Shown: piece after piece, positions 37,815 to 48,582 of the stretch
How positions within the stretch are numbered: position 1 is the first letter of the stretch
Layout: every line of letters starts with the position of its first letter
NCBI GenBank assembly: GCA_016839765.1
Contig: JAEOTP010000016.1
Span: 96,001-160,000, forward strand
From: Promethearchaeota archaeon
GTDB taxonomy: Archaea > Asgardarchaeota > Lokiarchaeia > Sigyniarchaeales > SOKP01
Direction of reading: 5' to 3'
Length of the DNA stretch: 64,000 nt
Notes under the pieces: model-generated
Databases searched by the model: none
Seen by the model: the letters and a program-made list of their open reading frames with translations, nothing else
Told to the model about the DNA's origin: nothing
Program-made: the position numbers and the translations under genes

Positions 37815-38549
37815 ATCGGCATTAAACGTGTTATATGGAGTGGGATCGTTGGAATGGTTTTTTTAGTTCCTTTATCGTGGATATCTTTTTCACTTTTAGA
37901 TTTAACTAATAGTATAACTGGGGGATTGGTTGACGACTTAAATGAGGTAGTCGCTTTATTAGGAGGAGGGCCATTAGGGTTCCTCATAAGCGCTTTACTG
38001 GGAGTAGTAATGATTTTATTATTTCCGATTCACTGGTGCTTAACATATCGTCCAGATGATGTCCTTTTAATAATCTCAGTCATCTTACCATGGATTTTGA
38101 CTTGTACGATTACCAGTGCGATTTCTGCGCATTCTCCTAGAGGAGGAATTCATACAAGTTTAGCAATCGGTATTGGTTATATCATATTGGGTTTTGCCTT
38201 CTATTTCATTTTACCTTTAATAATTAATATGTTTGTTCCTGGATTTGGATCTTTTGCTCCTGCAATAATAGATGGTCTCTCTACAGGCTTAACAGATCTA
38301 TCGTATCTCCTAGCGGTTTTTACGGCGGTTCTGGAGGGAAGTTTGGTTGGTGCTGTGTTTGGAGCGTTTATTGGAAGTTTAAAATATAAGCCTGCAGGAG
38401 GAAAAGCAAAAGTTAAGAAAAAAGAAGTAAAAGCAGAAGAAATAGGTGAACCTACGTTAGATGGAACTGATTTTTGCACTAATTGTGGAGCTAAAGTACC
38501 CCCAGGAGTCGATTTCTGTACGAACTGTGGTTCCAAGATGAATAGATGA
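37815..38549 (+). CDS. Membrane protein with a C-terminal double zinc ribbon. Probable ATC start at 37815; first ATG at 37854.
   Basis: About 5 TM helices and FCTNCG...FCTNCG. The in-frame extension GIKRVIWSGIVG completes TM1. Confidence 0.8.
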   Translation: MGIKRVIWSGIVGMVFLVPLSWISFSLLDLTNSITGGLVDDLNEVVALLGGGPLGFLISALLGVVMILLFPIHWCLTYRPDDVLLIISVILPWILTCTITSAISAHSPRGGIHTSLAIGIGYIILGFAFYFILPLIINMFVPGFGSFAPAIIDGLSTGLTDLSYLLAVFTAVLEGSLVGAVFGAFIGSLKYKPAGGKAKVKKKEVKAEEIGEPTLDGTDFCTNCGAKVPPGVDFCTNCGSKMNR

Positions 38550-38675
38550 CATATAATTTTAAATAATAATTTTTTATTTTTTAAAAGGTAAACAGAACCA
38601 TTTCTAAAAAGGACATTTTAAATTAGTATATTATTATATATATCATAATCTAAATTTTAAGGTTGGATTAAAACT

Positions 38676-39683
38676 ATGTCAAAACAAGTTAAAGGGGTTA
38701 TAATTTCTCGTTTAATCGTAGTATTGGCTATAATTTTAGTCCCTATTAGTACTTTCTTAATTTATGTGTTTGTAGATTTTAATTTGTGGTATTCAACTGA
38801 TCAAATCTTAACATTCTGGATAATAAAGATAGTCTGCCCATTAGTTTTTAGTATATCTTGGTTATTTATTTTAATATTATTTGCTAATCGTCTAGCAAAT
38901 ACCATGGATTCATTTGATGAAGTAATTGGTGTTGTGCCGTCAAGATTAAAGTTCTTTTATGGTATTAATGCAGTTTATATTCTTTTTATATTTGTATTTC
39001 CAGTAATAACTCCTATTATTTCAGTTTTAAGTTTTGCTTCTTTTGCATGGCGTTTAACTACATTTAGAAAGGAAAATTGGGAGGATGATACAAAAGTTTC
39101 TTTTTTAACAAAGTTTACAATGGGGTTTTTTGCTTTAATTCCAATTTTTTGTACAATAAGTATTATACATAAATATTTAGATTTACCAATATTTTTATGG
39201 AATGAAATTTGGGTGCCTATTCTTCCTTATCTTTTTGACATTTCATATTCTCTATTCACAGCATTAGCCATTGGATCTTTAATTATTTTATTTTCAAATT
39301 CAGGAATAAGTGAATACGAACAGATCTTTGTTGATACTACTAAACAAAAGAAATATTGGAATGTCAGAATTTTAGAAGCATTTCTATTTGCATTTTTCTT
39401 ATTTTTAGATTTATATGATTACGAAGTCATTGAGTTTTTTTACATTGCTGGATTTGTTATAATAATATTTATATCTATTGTAAATTTTATTAGAGGAAAA
39501 TCTAAATATAAAGGATTCAAGAGCCATTTATTTGGATACTTAATAGCAGCAGTTTTTATTGGATCAAATGTAGTATTTACCTCTGATTCTGTGCTCTCTT
39601 TTAATTTAAGAATTTATAGTTTGTTAATTTCGGCAATCTTGTATATTGTTGTGCTAATTTATACTTTTTATCAAGTTGAGTAA
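38676..39683 (+). CDS. Polytopic membrane protein, unknown function
   Basis: 335 aa with about 9-10 TM segments. Confidence 0.75.
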   Translation: MSKQVKGVIISRLIVVLAIILVPISTFLIYVFVDFNLWYSTDQILTFWIIKIVCPLVFSISWLFILILFANRLANTMDSFDEVIGVVPSRLKFFYGINAVYILFIFVFPVITPIISVLSFASFAWRLTTFRKENWEDDTKVSFLTKFTMGFFALIPIFCTISIIHKYLDLPIFLWNEIWVPILPYLFDISYSLFTALAIGSLIILFSNSGISEYEQIFVDTTKQKKYWNVRILEAFLFAFFLFLDLYDYEVIEFFYIAGFVIIIFISIVNFIRGKSKYKGFKSHLFGYLIAAVFIGSNVVFTSDSVLSFNLRIYSLLISAILYIVVLIYTFYQVE

Positions 39684-39986
39684 TTATAAAAAAGTAATTT
39701 ATAGCGTTTCATATTCTATTTTCTTTTTACTTTAGAAAGGAAATAGTTATAGTAGTTTAAATTGAAAACAATGTGTGTTATATCTCTTCAGATTCTAAGT
39801 TGAATATTTTTTATATTAAAGAGAATAATAGGAAATATAACCTAGTAAAATAGTACAGAGTTATAAACTGATACTTTCTGTTTTTTTAAATTTCTACTCA
39901 ATTAGAATATAAACTATTAAAAACCAGTATTTTATTTATAATTTTAAGCTATAATTTATTTAATAAAATAATTAGTGTGTGAGAGA

Positions 39987-42116
39987 ATGAAAAAATTAAA
40001 TGGAAAAACCTTAATGGTTATTACATTGTTCTTCGCATCACTATTTGCAACACCTGCTATGGTGGTTGGATCAACTCACGATGATGGCTTCAAGCTTGAT
40101 CAATTTGGAGATGGAACCGATATAATTGGTGGCTTTCAACAAGGTTTTGGATCATTATTTGGGGGTTTAGGTTACGGGGGTCATTTAATAGGAAGAGTAT
40201 TTGAAATCCTTTTTTTTGAAGGAATTAAAAACTTTAGTAAATCACAGATGTTACCAGGAGTCTATGTATTAAATGCTACTCTTGAAGATGCCCTTAAGAG
40301 TGAATCTAAAACTTTTTCTAACAAAGAAGAATATTATTTACTTCCTTTAGAATATGCTTTACCTTATAATACATTTTTTGCAGATGAGGGATATGCATAT
40401 TGCGAAGTCGTGAAGGATGGAACCTATGATTTTAATTTAAAGGCTGGAGCAGCAGTAACTTTAGTTATCTGGGATAACGATGGTTCTTTTATTGAGGCAG
40501 TTACGAAATTAATTAGATTTTTCCAACGAATAATGCCCGTTTTAGAAGGCAAAGAAATTCCAACGCTACGAGAGTTAGAAGATTTAATAGAGGAGGGGAT
40601 TTCATTAATTACATGGTTTTTAATCCATATCAATGATATTTTTACGGGAGATGAATTAATCATGCTTAATCCTATTAGTTGGCAAGAATTAGCAATAACT
40701 CCTCAACCAACTTTCAGTATAACCAAACGGTGGATGGTTTCTGGAGACGATGGTATTCTCGGTAGTGGGGATGATAAAGAATTAAATGAAGCTAACTTCC
40801 CAGGAGTGGCAAATCTAATATTAGCAGACTGGTCAGATAGGGCTAATAATTCGAATGATTATTCAATGCAATGGACGTTTTCAAGCGAATCTATAAATCC
40901 TGCAAATGAGACTAGGTGGACGACATTTACCTTTGATCTAATCCAATTATGGGTTAAAAATTTTCATATAGAAATCAATGTTGGTGCTCTTCTTGAGGGA
41001 TTTGCTGGCATGGGAGGTACAGGAATTGGGGCCCCTATCAATGTTGCAGATGTGTTTGGTGGTTGCAACATTGAGTTCTTCTTATTTACGCACCATTTAG
41101 CTGGAGCATTCTTATATAATGACACAATTGTTCCTGATGGGGTCATCACTGCAGAATATGCGAGATTAAATAATACTAATACTGCTGATGGTAGACCTAT
41201 TGATGTGCCTTACAGTTCAGAATTAACACATCGTATAGTATTAAACTCAGTTACAGATTTTGAATTTATTGATCCTTACGTTGACAATGGGGAAATTAAA
41301 TGGGGATTAAATCTTTGGGATGCACTTATTACTCCTGTTCCTCTTGGGGTTGAATTGGATACCTATCTAAATCAACCTCAGGAACATTTAGATTATATAT
41401 ATTTCGGTTTTACGTTTGATCCTAATCCAAAATCTACAGTTACTGCCAGAGATGGTACTCAAGTTAATGTTTTGTATGGTGCGGTTAAATTGGATCAGTT
41501 TTTTGCTCCTTGGAACGATAATGTAAATCCTATTGCTATTAATAACATTGATAAGTTAGATTTATCGATCATTTATGTTTCTACTGTTTTACACTTCCAA
41601 TTAAATGTCGAAACTTATGGAGAGGATCCTGAGAAACCTGAGTTTAGATTAGACCCCGATGATGATTATATAGAAACAGAAGATAAGCTCATGATTGGAG
41701 ATTATCTTGATGGTAAAGTGGGACAACAATTAGAGTTCGTAGATATTGCTGGACCTTATTATGAAGTTGGCAATGATACAGCGAGAAATCAATATGATGC
41801 AAGCACTGCTATTATTCCGGTTGCATTATGGTATCATGAAATGGAAAGACACGACACATTCGAAGATCCATCTGGAGAAATGTATACAACCTTTGCTACT
41901 GATATTTCAATTAATGTAACTTTCAATGTTTTGGTATATGCTGTTTGTTATCCTAAGTTTAATGATGGTAGTGGTGTATGGCATGATCCTACTTTCAGTA
42001 TATATATGATTTTTGAAGCTAAAGGATTCTGGGCAATAATACTTTTAGTTGCAGGTGTTGGTTTAGTTGGTGTAGCAACAATTTTAATCAAAAGGCGAAA
42101 AGACGCCCGATTTTAA
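39987..42116 (+). CDS. Large type I cell-surface protein
   Basis: Signal peptide MKKLNGK..., acidic beta-rich ectodomain with several NxS/T sequons, WHDPTFS, C-terminal TM and KRRK tail. Confidence 0.8.
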   Translation: MKKLNGKTLMVITLFFASLFATPAMVVGSTHDDGFKLDQFGDGTDIIGGFQQGFGSLFGGLGYGGHLIGRVFEILFFEGIKNFSKSQMLPGVYVLNATLEDALKSESKTFSNKEEYYLLPLEYALPYNTFFADEGYAYCEVVKDGTYDFNLKAGAAVTLVIWDNDGSFIEAVTKLIRFFQRIMPVLEGKEIPTLRELEDLIEEGISLITWFLIHINDIFTGDELIMLNPISWQELAITPQPTFSITKRWMVSGDDGILGSGDDKELNEANFPGVANLILADWSDRANNSNDYSMQWTFSSESINPANETRWTTFTFDLIQLWVKNFHIEINVGALLEGFAGMGGTGIGAPINVADVFGGCNIEFFLFTHHLAGAFLYNDTIVPDGVITAEYARLNNTNTADGRPIDVPYSSELTHRIVLNSVTDFEFIDPYVDNGEIKWGLNLWDALITPVPLGVELDTYLNQPQEHLDYIYFGFTFDPNPKSTVTARDGTQVNVLYGAVKLDQFFAPWNDNVNPIAINNIDKLDLSIIYVSTVLHFQLNVETYGEDPEKPEFRLDPDDDYIETEDKLMIGDYLDGKVGQQLEFVDIAGPYYEVGNDTARNQYDASTAIIPVALWYHEMERHDTFEDPSGEMYTTFATDISINVTFNVLVYAVCYPKFNDGSGVWHDPTFSIYMIFEAKGFWAIILLVAGVGLVGVATILIKRRKDARF

Positions 42117-42338
42117 ATCTAAATTTAATCTATTTTTTTTATTTTTTTTTTAATTTTACTATTTTTTAGATTTTCCTTAATTGAATAGTGAATATGACTA
42201 ATTCAAAATTATAATCTTTATAAATATGATCTGTATAGAATCCAAATAGTTACAATTATGATTGATTCAAATGGAAAGAATACCGAAAGTAATAATAGTA
42301 TGTTACATTAAAATAATCACATTTTTAATAATAAATAA

Positions 42339-44180
42339 GTGCAGAAAATGCCAGTAAAAAAAGAAGATAAGTATCAAATAAACGAGAATAAACGATGGTT
42401 TCAAAAATGGTGGCCCGAAGGTGTTCCCAAAAATGTTGTTTTCGAAGAAAAAACTCTAAGTGATTTTTTAGATGAACAAGTTAAAAAATATGCTGATAAC
42501 AACTTTATTTGGTTTTTAGAGACATGGGTGACTTATAAGGAATTTCATGATTATGTAGAGAGATTTGCTACAGCTTTACATAATCTAGGAGTAAAAAAGG
42601 GGGATGTCGTTGCATTACTTATGGGAAATTGTATTCAATATTTAGTTGGATACTTTGCAACTGTTAGATTAGGAGCGATTGCTACAGGTATTAATCCAAC
42701 TTATAAACCATTAGAGATTCTCCATCAATTGAAATTAACTAAAGCTAGAGTATTAATTACATATGATGCTTCCTTTGATGAGAAGAGTAAATCTCGTATT
42801 AAGAAGAATTTGCCATATATAGGAGACATAATAGAAAAATCAAATCTAGAGATTTTCATTTATACAAACCTCGCAGATTTAGCTCATGGTTTAGGCTTTA
42901 AACGTACATTAGGTAAAATGTTAGGTATGATCCCTAAAGGAAAAGTGAACATCCCTGGTGCTCATAATTTTATGGATTTGCTAAATACAGAACCAGGCGC
43001 ACCAAAAGTAGATATCGATGTTAAAACAACTCCAGCAACCTATATAATGACAGGAGGAACTACAGGATTACCCAAAGCAGCAGTGTTAACTCATTTTAAT
43101 TGTGTTTCAAATGCAAAACAATGTATGTATTGGTTAGGTGGTGAAAAGCCTGGTATTGGAAATATGGGAGTTCTTCCATTTTTCCATAGTTTTGGACACA
43201 CAGTTGTTATGAATACTACTATTGCGTTTGGAGGTTGGATAATGCTATTTCCTACACCACCCCCAACTGAAGAATTATTAGAACATATCGAAGAGCTCCC
43301 TGCCCCAGAAGGTTTAGTATATGCTGGAGCAGAGATATTATTTAAACGGATTGCTGATTTTCCTCATTTAGAAAAGTTTCCCCGTCTTATGGGAAAGTTA
43401 AAGTTAAGCGTATCGGGTGCAGGTCCTTTACATGCTCCTGTGAGGGATGCTTTTGAGAAAAGTACAGGCGGTAGGATTGTCGAAGGATATGGACTTTCAG
43501 AGGCAAGTCCAGTAGTGAGTGCGGGAAATTTATTTGGTGAAAGCCCAATTGGTACAATTGGTATGCCATTTCCAGGTACAGAATGGGGTATCTGGCCATC
43601 AGAAGATTTTAATGCAGGTCCTATTTGTTTAGGTAATCCAGATAATAGTAATTTTGGAGAAGACCATACTGGAGAAATTTGTTGTCATGGCCCTCAAGTA
43701 ATGTTCGAATATCTAAACCAACCAGAAGAAACTGCTGAAACTATTAAAGATTATAATGGAAAATTGTGGCTACTAACCGGTGATATTGGTTTTATGAATG
43801 AGGACGGAACCATTGAAATCCGGGATCGAAAAAAACAACTAATTAAAGTTGCGGGACATTCTGTATTTCCAAAAGAAGTTGAGTCAATGTTAATGAAGAA
43901 TGAAGCTGTATCTGAAGCAGCTGTTGCAGGATTACCAGACCCAGCTGGAAAGGTTGGAGAGATAACTAAAGCATGGGTAGAACTTCGACCTGAATATGTA
44001 GGGAAAATAAGTGAGGATGAATTAAAGGAATGGGCTAAGGAAAACATTACCCACTGGAAAGCTCCAGCAATTATTGAATTCATAAATGAGGTTCCAAAAA
44101 GTGTCCTTGGAAAAGTTCAGCGTAGAATATTACAAATAAACGATCCAATTTATAAGGAAAAATATGGAGAAGCTGAATAA
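42339..44180 (+). CDS. Long-chain fatty acid--CoA ligase (FadD-like)
   Basis: MTGGTTGLPK, EGYGLSE, TGDIG, DRKK, PKSVLGK. Confidence 0.93.
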   Translation: MQKMPVKKEDKYQINENKRWFQKWWPEGVPKNVVFEEKTLSDFLDEQVKKYADNNFIWFLETWVTYKEFHDYVERFATALHNLGVKKGDVVALLMGNCIQYLVGYFATVRLGAIATGINPTYKPLEILHQLKLTKARVLITYDASFDEKSKSRIKKNLPYIGDIIEKSNLEIFIYTNLADLAHGLGFKRTLGKMLGMIPKGKVNIPGAHNFMDLLNTEPGAPKVDIDVKTTPATYIMTGGTTGLPKAAVLTHFNCVSNAKQCMYWLGGEKPGIGNMGVLPFFHSFGHTVVMNTTIAFGGWIMLFPTPPPTEELLEHIEELPAPEGLVYAGAEILFKRIADFPHLEKFPRLMGKLKLSVSGAGPLHAPVRDAFEKSTGGRIVEGYGLSEASPVVSAGNLFGESPIGTIGMPFPGTEWGIWPSEDFNAGPICLGNPDNSNFGEDHTGEICCHGPQVMFEYLNQPEETAETIKDYNGKLWLLTGDIGFMNEDGTIEIRDRKKQLIKVAGHSVFPKEVESMLMKNEAVSEAAVAGLPDPAGKVGEITKAWVELRPEYVGKISEDELKEWAKENITHWKAPAIIEFINEVPKSVLGKVQRRILQINDPIYKEKYGEAE

Positions 44181-44241
44181 ATTATCCTATTTAAATTTTT
44201 TTCATTTTTAATTACTTTTTAATAGAATCGAATACTAAATA

Positions 44242-44256
44242 TTATGTCCGACATAA
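44242..44256. promoter_or_regulatory. Palindromic putative operator
   Basis: TTATGTC-C-GACATAA perfect inverted repeat upstream of a wHTH gene. Confidence 0.45.
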
Positions 44257-44392
44257 ACCCAAATGATAATAGATTCGTTAAATAAATTAAAAGTTCTAGT
44301 ATATTAGAAAGTCAATTATTAAAAGTTTCCATTTTTATTAATAATCTAACAAAAAATTCTTTAAAAGCCATAAAATAGGAGGATCTCATAAA

Positions 44393-45259
44393 ATTACTGA
44401 ACTAAACATATTTGTTTTGGATAAATTAATTCGAGAATTTGCTCCCGAGCTTTCTGATATTTACAATATTAGAGAGGATGAATCTGAAGAACAACAAGTA
44501 AAAACTGGACGCCTTCATGAAAATCGCATTTTAGGAATAATGCTAAAATTTTATGTTGATGGTAAGAGAAAGGTTACAACTCGAGATGTGGAATTAGAGT
44601 ATAAAAAGTATTTTAAGGAGATCGCAAGATCTACTATTTCAACTTATTTAAATATGCTAAAAAAAGAATCTACTTTATTCAAAGAAAGGGATGGGAGATT
44701 AGTTTACTATATCTTTTATGAGGATCCTCCAACTAATATCAATCCGTTTTGGTTTACTAGAATTTTTTGCGTTGATCCTGTTTATTTTTTCAGAGCTATT
44801 TATTTTTCAAGTATTTATTCAATAGCTGAAAAAATAGTACAAGAATATGTTATTAATGGAAATTACAAAGAGGTATTATGTAATTTCAAATTTTTAATTG
44901 GCTTGACAGTTTTATATACTCTTAGAAATAAGGTAAACAAATGTGTATTATGCCAATTCGGTAAATATGAAAAGTATGATAATCTTAAAGAAACATTAGG
45001 GATGGCCATAAAAGCGAAAACGGATGTATTACCTGATGAATTATTAGAATTTTTGAAGGATAAATATTCAGAAATACCTTTTTTCGGTGGGATTAATTTT
45101 AGCACTGATCAGCAAGAGGTTAATATGATTAAACAGCTTTTAGAGTTTGCAAATAGATATAAGAAAGATATAGAATTTCAACTTATGGTATTAAATAGAA
45201 GAATCGAAACGAAAGCTATTGAAAAAACCCCAATTGAGTCTAGTGAATTGGATTCGTAA
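44393..45259 (+). CDS. Winged-HTH domain protein. Probable ATT start at 44393; ORF track uses TTG at 44417.
   Basis: IARSTISTYLNML...ERDGRLVYY wHTH and CVLC. AGGAGG at 44377-44382. Confidence 0.7.
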   Translation: MTELNIFVLDKLIREFAPELSDIYNIREDESEEQQVKTGRLHENRILGIMLKFYVDGKRKVTTRDVELEYKKYFKEIARSTISTYLNMLKKESTLFKERDGRLVYYIFYEDPPTNINPFWFTRIFCVDPVYFFRAIYFSSIYSIAEKIVQEYVINGNYKEVLCNFKFLIGLTVLYTLRNKVNKCVLCQFGKYEKYDNLKETLGMAIKAKTDVLPDELLEFLKDKYSEIPFFGGINFSTDQQEVNMIKQLLEFANRYKKDIEFQLMVLNRRIETKAIEKTPIESSELDS

Positions 45260-45305
45260 GAGGAAAAAGCAATTTTACTAATAATTTTATTATAAAAAAG
45301 GAATC

Positions 45306-45833
45306 CTAAAAATTAGAATTATTTATCATTAATCTTGTTAATGCCTCAAAAGTTTCCTCAACATTCTCTCCAGTCTTACTTGAGCATTCAATAAATCCAT
45401 CGGTACCCCTTGATTGAGCAATTTTAATTCCTTCTTTGGGAGTTATCTCACGATTGGAAGCAAGATCAGCTTTACCACCAACAACGATAATGGGAAATTC
45501 ATCTTCTACTTTAATTTCTTTTCGTATAACAGTTAACCAATCATCGATGTGAGCAATAGATGCGTAATTTGTAATATCATACATGAATAAGCCACCTTTC
45601 GCTCCTCTTACATAAGTAGGAAGTAAAAATCTAAATCGTTCTTCTCCACCAAAATCCCAGATTTGTAATTTTACCTTTTTACTTTCGACTTCTAAGCTTT
45701 TAACTTCAAAATCAACTCCAATTGTCATTTTAGAGTCAGATACGAATAGATTAGTTAAAAATCTCTGAGTTAAAGTGGTTTTCCCACATCCTGCATCTCC
45801 AAAAATAACGATCTTAAAGGTGGCGTCATACAT
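45306..45833 (-). CDS. Rab-like small GTPase
   Basis: GDAGCGKT, TIGVDF, KLQIWDFGGEERFR, GGKAD, ECSSK. Confidence 0.93.
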   Translation of the reverse strand: MYDATFKIVIFGDAGCGKTTLTQRFLTNLFVSDSKMTIGVDFEVKSLEVESKKVKLQIWDFGGEERFRFLLPTYVRGAKGGLFMYDITNYASIAHIDDWLTVIRKEIKVEDEFPIIVVGGKADLASNREITPKEGIKIAQSRGTDGFIECSSKTGENVEETFEALTRLMINNSNF

Positions 45834-46096
45834 TTTACTATTCTACCTTTATGCATTCCTGTAATGGATTTTTTTAGTTTTCTTGTCTAAAGTGTATTTT
45901 TAGTTCGTATTATTATTAATTTGATTTCTATAATAAATGATCTTCTTCATATATATAAATCTTCAAATGATACATTAGAAAAATATCTTATACTCTTAAA
46001 AATTTATTAAAAGTTCCTATTAAAAAAATTATCGAATTTGGAAGAGTCGACAAAATTATAACTTTATATTTTTTATTTATTTCATATCATTAATTT

Positions 46097-47419
46097 TTGA
46101 ATCTGAGAATCATGCAGAAGCAAATAGAATGGTCAAAATACTTTAATTTTGATCAAGAAAAAAAAATAAAATTATTGAAAAGTGTGGGAGCAAAAAAGAT
46201 TTATGCCATGGCTTTAATGCCGATTAGAGGTCCACATGGTTTCAGGAAATTAGACTATGAATTTGCTGAGAAGAAATTAGAAGTAAATGAGATAATGAAC
46301 AGATTAGAAGATTATCTTTTTAATGTATTTGGTTTAGTAATAAAAGATACAGATGGAGCATGTGTATGGGATACAGAGGTAGGGTGGAATCCTACAAATC
46401 GTGATATTTTAGGAGAATTTTGTGATGCTGGCAAAGAACGAAATATCCAAATAATGGTTGCTTTTACTAGTATGAATGATGCTTATCAAGGTTCTTTACA
46501 CCCTGAAAGAGTAAGCATCCACGGAAGAAATGGTGAAAAATTGGGTAAAAAATACAAAAAAGGAGATATTTCAACTCATAACGCTTATGAAATGAGAGTC
46601 GACTTACCTGAGGGTATAGCATTTGAGGATTACCAGAAGAAAATCCCTTTTTTGACTAGTGAAATCGATCTAAAAATAGGAAAATCTAGAGATTCAAGGG
46701 GATCTGGATATATTCCAACAGAAAGTTTTATGTGCCCTAATAGCAATCATATTGATTATTTAATAGGATTAACTCGAGAAGTAGTTAAAAATTATCCTAT
46801 TAAAGCTTTTACAGCAGACTATATAAGATATGACGGCCATTTCACTGATTTATGTGCATGTTCTCGATGTGTGACTAAATTTAAAGAAAACTATGGCCAT
46901 AAATCCAAACTATTGAAAGGAAAAGAATGGTATGAGTTTAAAACAGATACGATAGCAAGTTATGCCCAAAAATTACAAAAAACCGTAAAAAATATTGATA
47001 ATACCTGCCTTACGGGTTGGTATAGTCAAGTGGGACCTAAAAATTTAGTAACAATTAAAAGACATGGACAAGACTGGAGCAAACTTTCTTCAATTTTGGA
47101 TATCTCAATTCCTATGGAATACCCTTATTTAGGGGGTACTAGAGATGACGGATTTTTTTGGGGAAAAGTTGGAGATTTCTTCTTTTGGTATTTTCTTAGA
47201 AATATGAAAAAAAGAGCACATGAATATAAAGGTCCTGTTTTAGCAGTTACAAATTCAGTTGAATGTAGTGTGAAGGAAATGCTAAAACAGATGAGAAGTT
47301 TTGATTTTGGCTTAGGTATCGCATTATTTAAATATTTTGGAACGACAGAGGATCAGTGGAGAGCCTTAAAGGAATATGCAGAAAATGAAATTGGTTTAGA
47401 AAATTTAATTTTTAGTTAA
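46097..47419 (+). CDS. Putative TIM-barrel glycoside hydrolase-like protein (GHL10-like)
   Basis: KDTDG, MCPN, DYIRY, CACSRC, QDW, PMEY. Confidence 0.55.
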   Translation: MNLRIMQKQIEWSKYFNFDQEKKIKLLKSVGAKKIYAMALMPIRGPHGFRKLDYEFAEKKLEVNEIMNRLEDYLFNVFGLVIKDTDGACVWDTEVGWNPTNRDILGEFCDAGKERNIQIMVAFTSMNDAYQGSLHPERVSIHGRNGEKLGKKYKKGDISTHNAYEMRVDLPEGIAFEDYQKKIPFLTSEIDLKIGKSRDSRGSGYIPTESFMCPNSNHIDYLIGLTREVVKNYPIKAFTADYIRYDGHFTDLCACSRCVTKFKENYGHKSKLLKGKEWYEFKTDTIASYAQKLQKTVKNIDNTCLTGWYSQVGPKNLVTIKRHGQDWSKLSSILDISIPMEYPYLGGTRDDGFFWGKVGDFFFWYFLRNMKKRAHEYKGPVLAVTNSVECSVKEMLKQMRSFDFGLGIALFKYFGTTEDQWRALKEYAENEIGLENLIFS

Positions 47420-47991
47420 TTGATATTTCTTATCTCTTTAAATCGAAAACAATTTATGATATGATCATTAACTAAACCAACAGCTTGCATGAATGCATAA
47501 ACTATCGTTGAACCTACGAACTTAAAACCTCGTTTTTTTAAAGCTTTACTTATTTTTTCAGAAAGTGTTGTATGTGAAGGTAGTTCATCTAACGATTTCC
47601 ATGCATTATGAATAGTCTTTTGATTAACAAAGTTCCATATATATTTATCAAAAGATCCAAATTCTTTCTGAATTTTGATAAAACTTTTAGCATTCGTAAT
47701 TATTGATTGAATTTTTAAGCGATTTCTTATAATTCCTTTATTCTGAAGAAGTTTTTCTATTTTTTCTTCATCATACAATAAAATTTTGTTATAATCAAAA
47801 TTATCAAATGCTTTTCTGAAATTTTCTCGTTTTTGGAGTATGGTGTTCCAACTTAAACCAGCTTGCATACCTTCTAATATTAAAAACTCAAAGAGCATTT
47901 GATCATTATGCTCAGGAGATCCCCATTCTTTATCATGATATTGTTTCATTAAGGCATTTGAATTAGCCCATTCACATCTTTTCATCATCAT
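47416..47991 (-). CDS. tag: DNA-3-methyladenine glycosylase I
   Basis: RCEW, YHDKEWG, LEGMQAGLSW, GFKFVG, NDH...C. Confidence 0.95.
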   Translation of the reverse strand: MMMKRCEWANSNALMKQYHDKEWGSPEHNDQMLFEFLILEGMQAGLSWNTILQKRENFRKAFDNFDYNKILLYDEEKIEKLLQNKGIIRNRLKIQSIITNAKSFIKIQKEFGSFDKYIWNFVNQKTIHNAWKSLDELPSHTTLSEKISKALKKRGFKFVGSTIVYAFMQAVGLVNDHIINCFRFKEIRNIN

Positions 47992-48089
47992 AAATACTAG
48001 ATTCTTATATTATTTGAACTTATTACCAAATCATTATTATTTTATTTTCTTATAAATTAATAAATTATAATTTTTAGGATGTCTCAAAA

Positions 48090-48449
48090 ATGGAAAAATT
48101 AGCAATTAAAAAGGCTATTCTAGATTATTATCATGAAGGGCATGCAAAAAGCGATCCAGAACTGTATAAAGAAATTCTACATGATGAGTGGAAATTTTTT
48201 CTATTTCATGAGGATGGAAGGCTAAGAATTGTAGATAAACATGAATATATCTCGTGGTATAATCCTGATGAAGTTGATGAGAGATTAACTTGGAAAACGC
48301 AATTTCATTACATTGACGTTACAGAAAATATTGGAGCTGTAAAGCTCAGAATTGAATGCGAGGAAGTGGGCTACATTGACTACTTTAATCTTATGAAAAT
48401 TAATGGAAAATGGTGGATCGTCCATAAAATCTCCCACAAAATTAAATAA
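48090..48449 (+). CDS. NTF2-like (lumazine-binding-2 / DUF4440-like) protein
   Basis: DYYHEG...IDVTENIGAVK...YIDYFNLMKINGKWWIVHK. Confidence 0.8.
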   Translation: MEKLAIKKAILDYYHEGHAKSDPELYKEILHDEWKFFLFHEDGRLRIVDKHEYISWYNPDEVDERLTWKTQFHYIDVTENIGAVKLRIECEEVGYIDYFNLMKINGKWWIVHKISHKIK

Positions 48450-48582
48450 GAGTCAAATTCTTTACTAAGTAATCTAAGCAGCTATTATCAATTTATATAT
48501 GTTAATTATATTAATCTATTTATTAAAATAATTTTTAATTTAGTAGATTAAAAATATAAAGTATCTTTTTTTATAGATAGAT

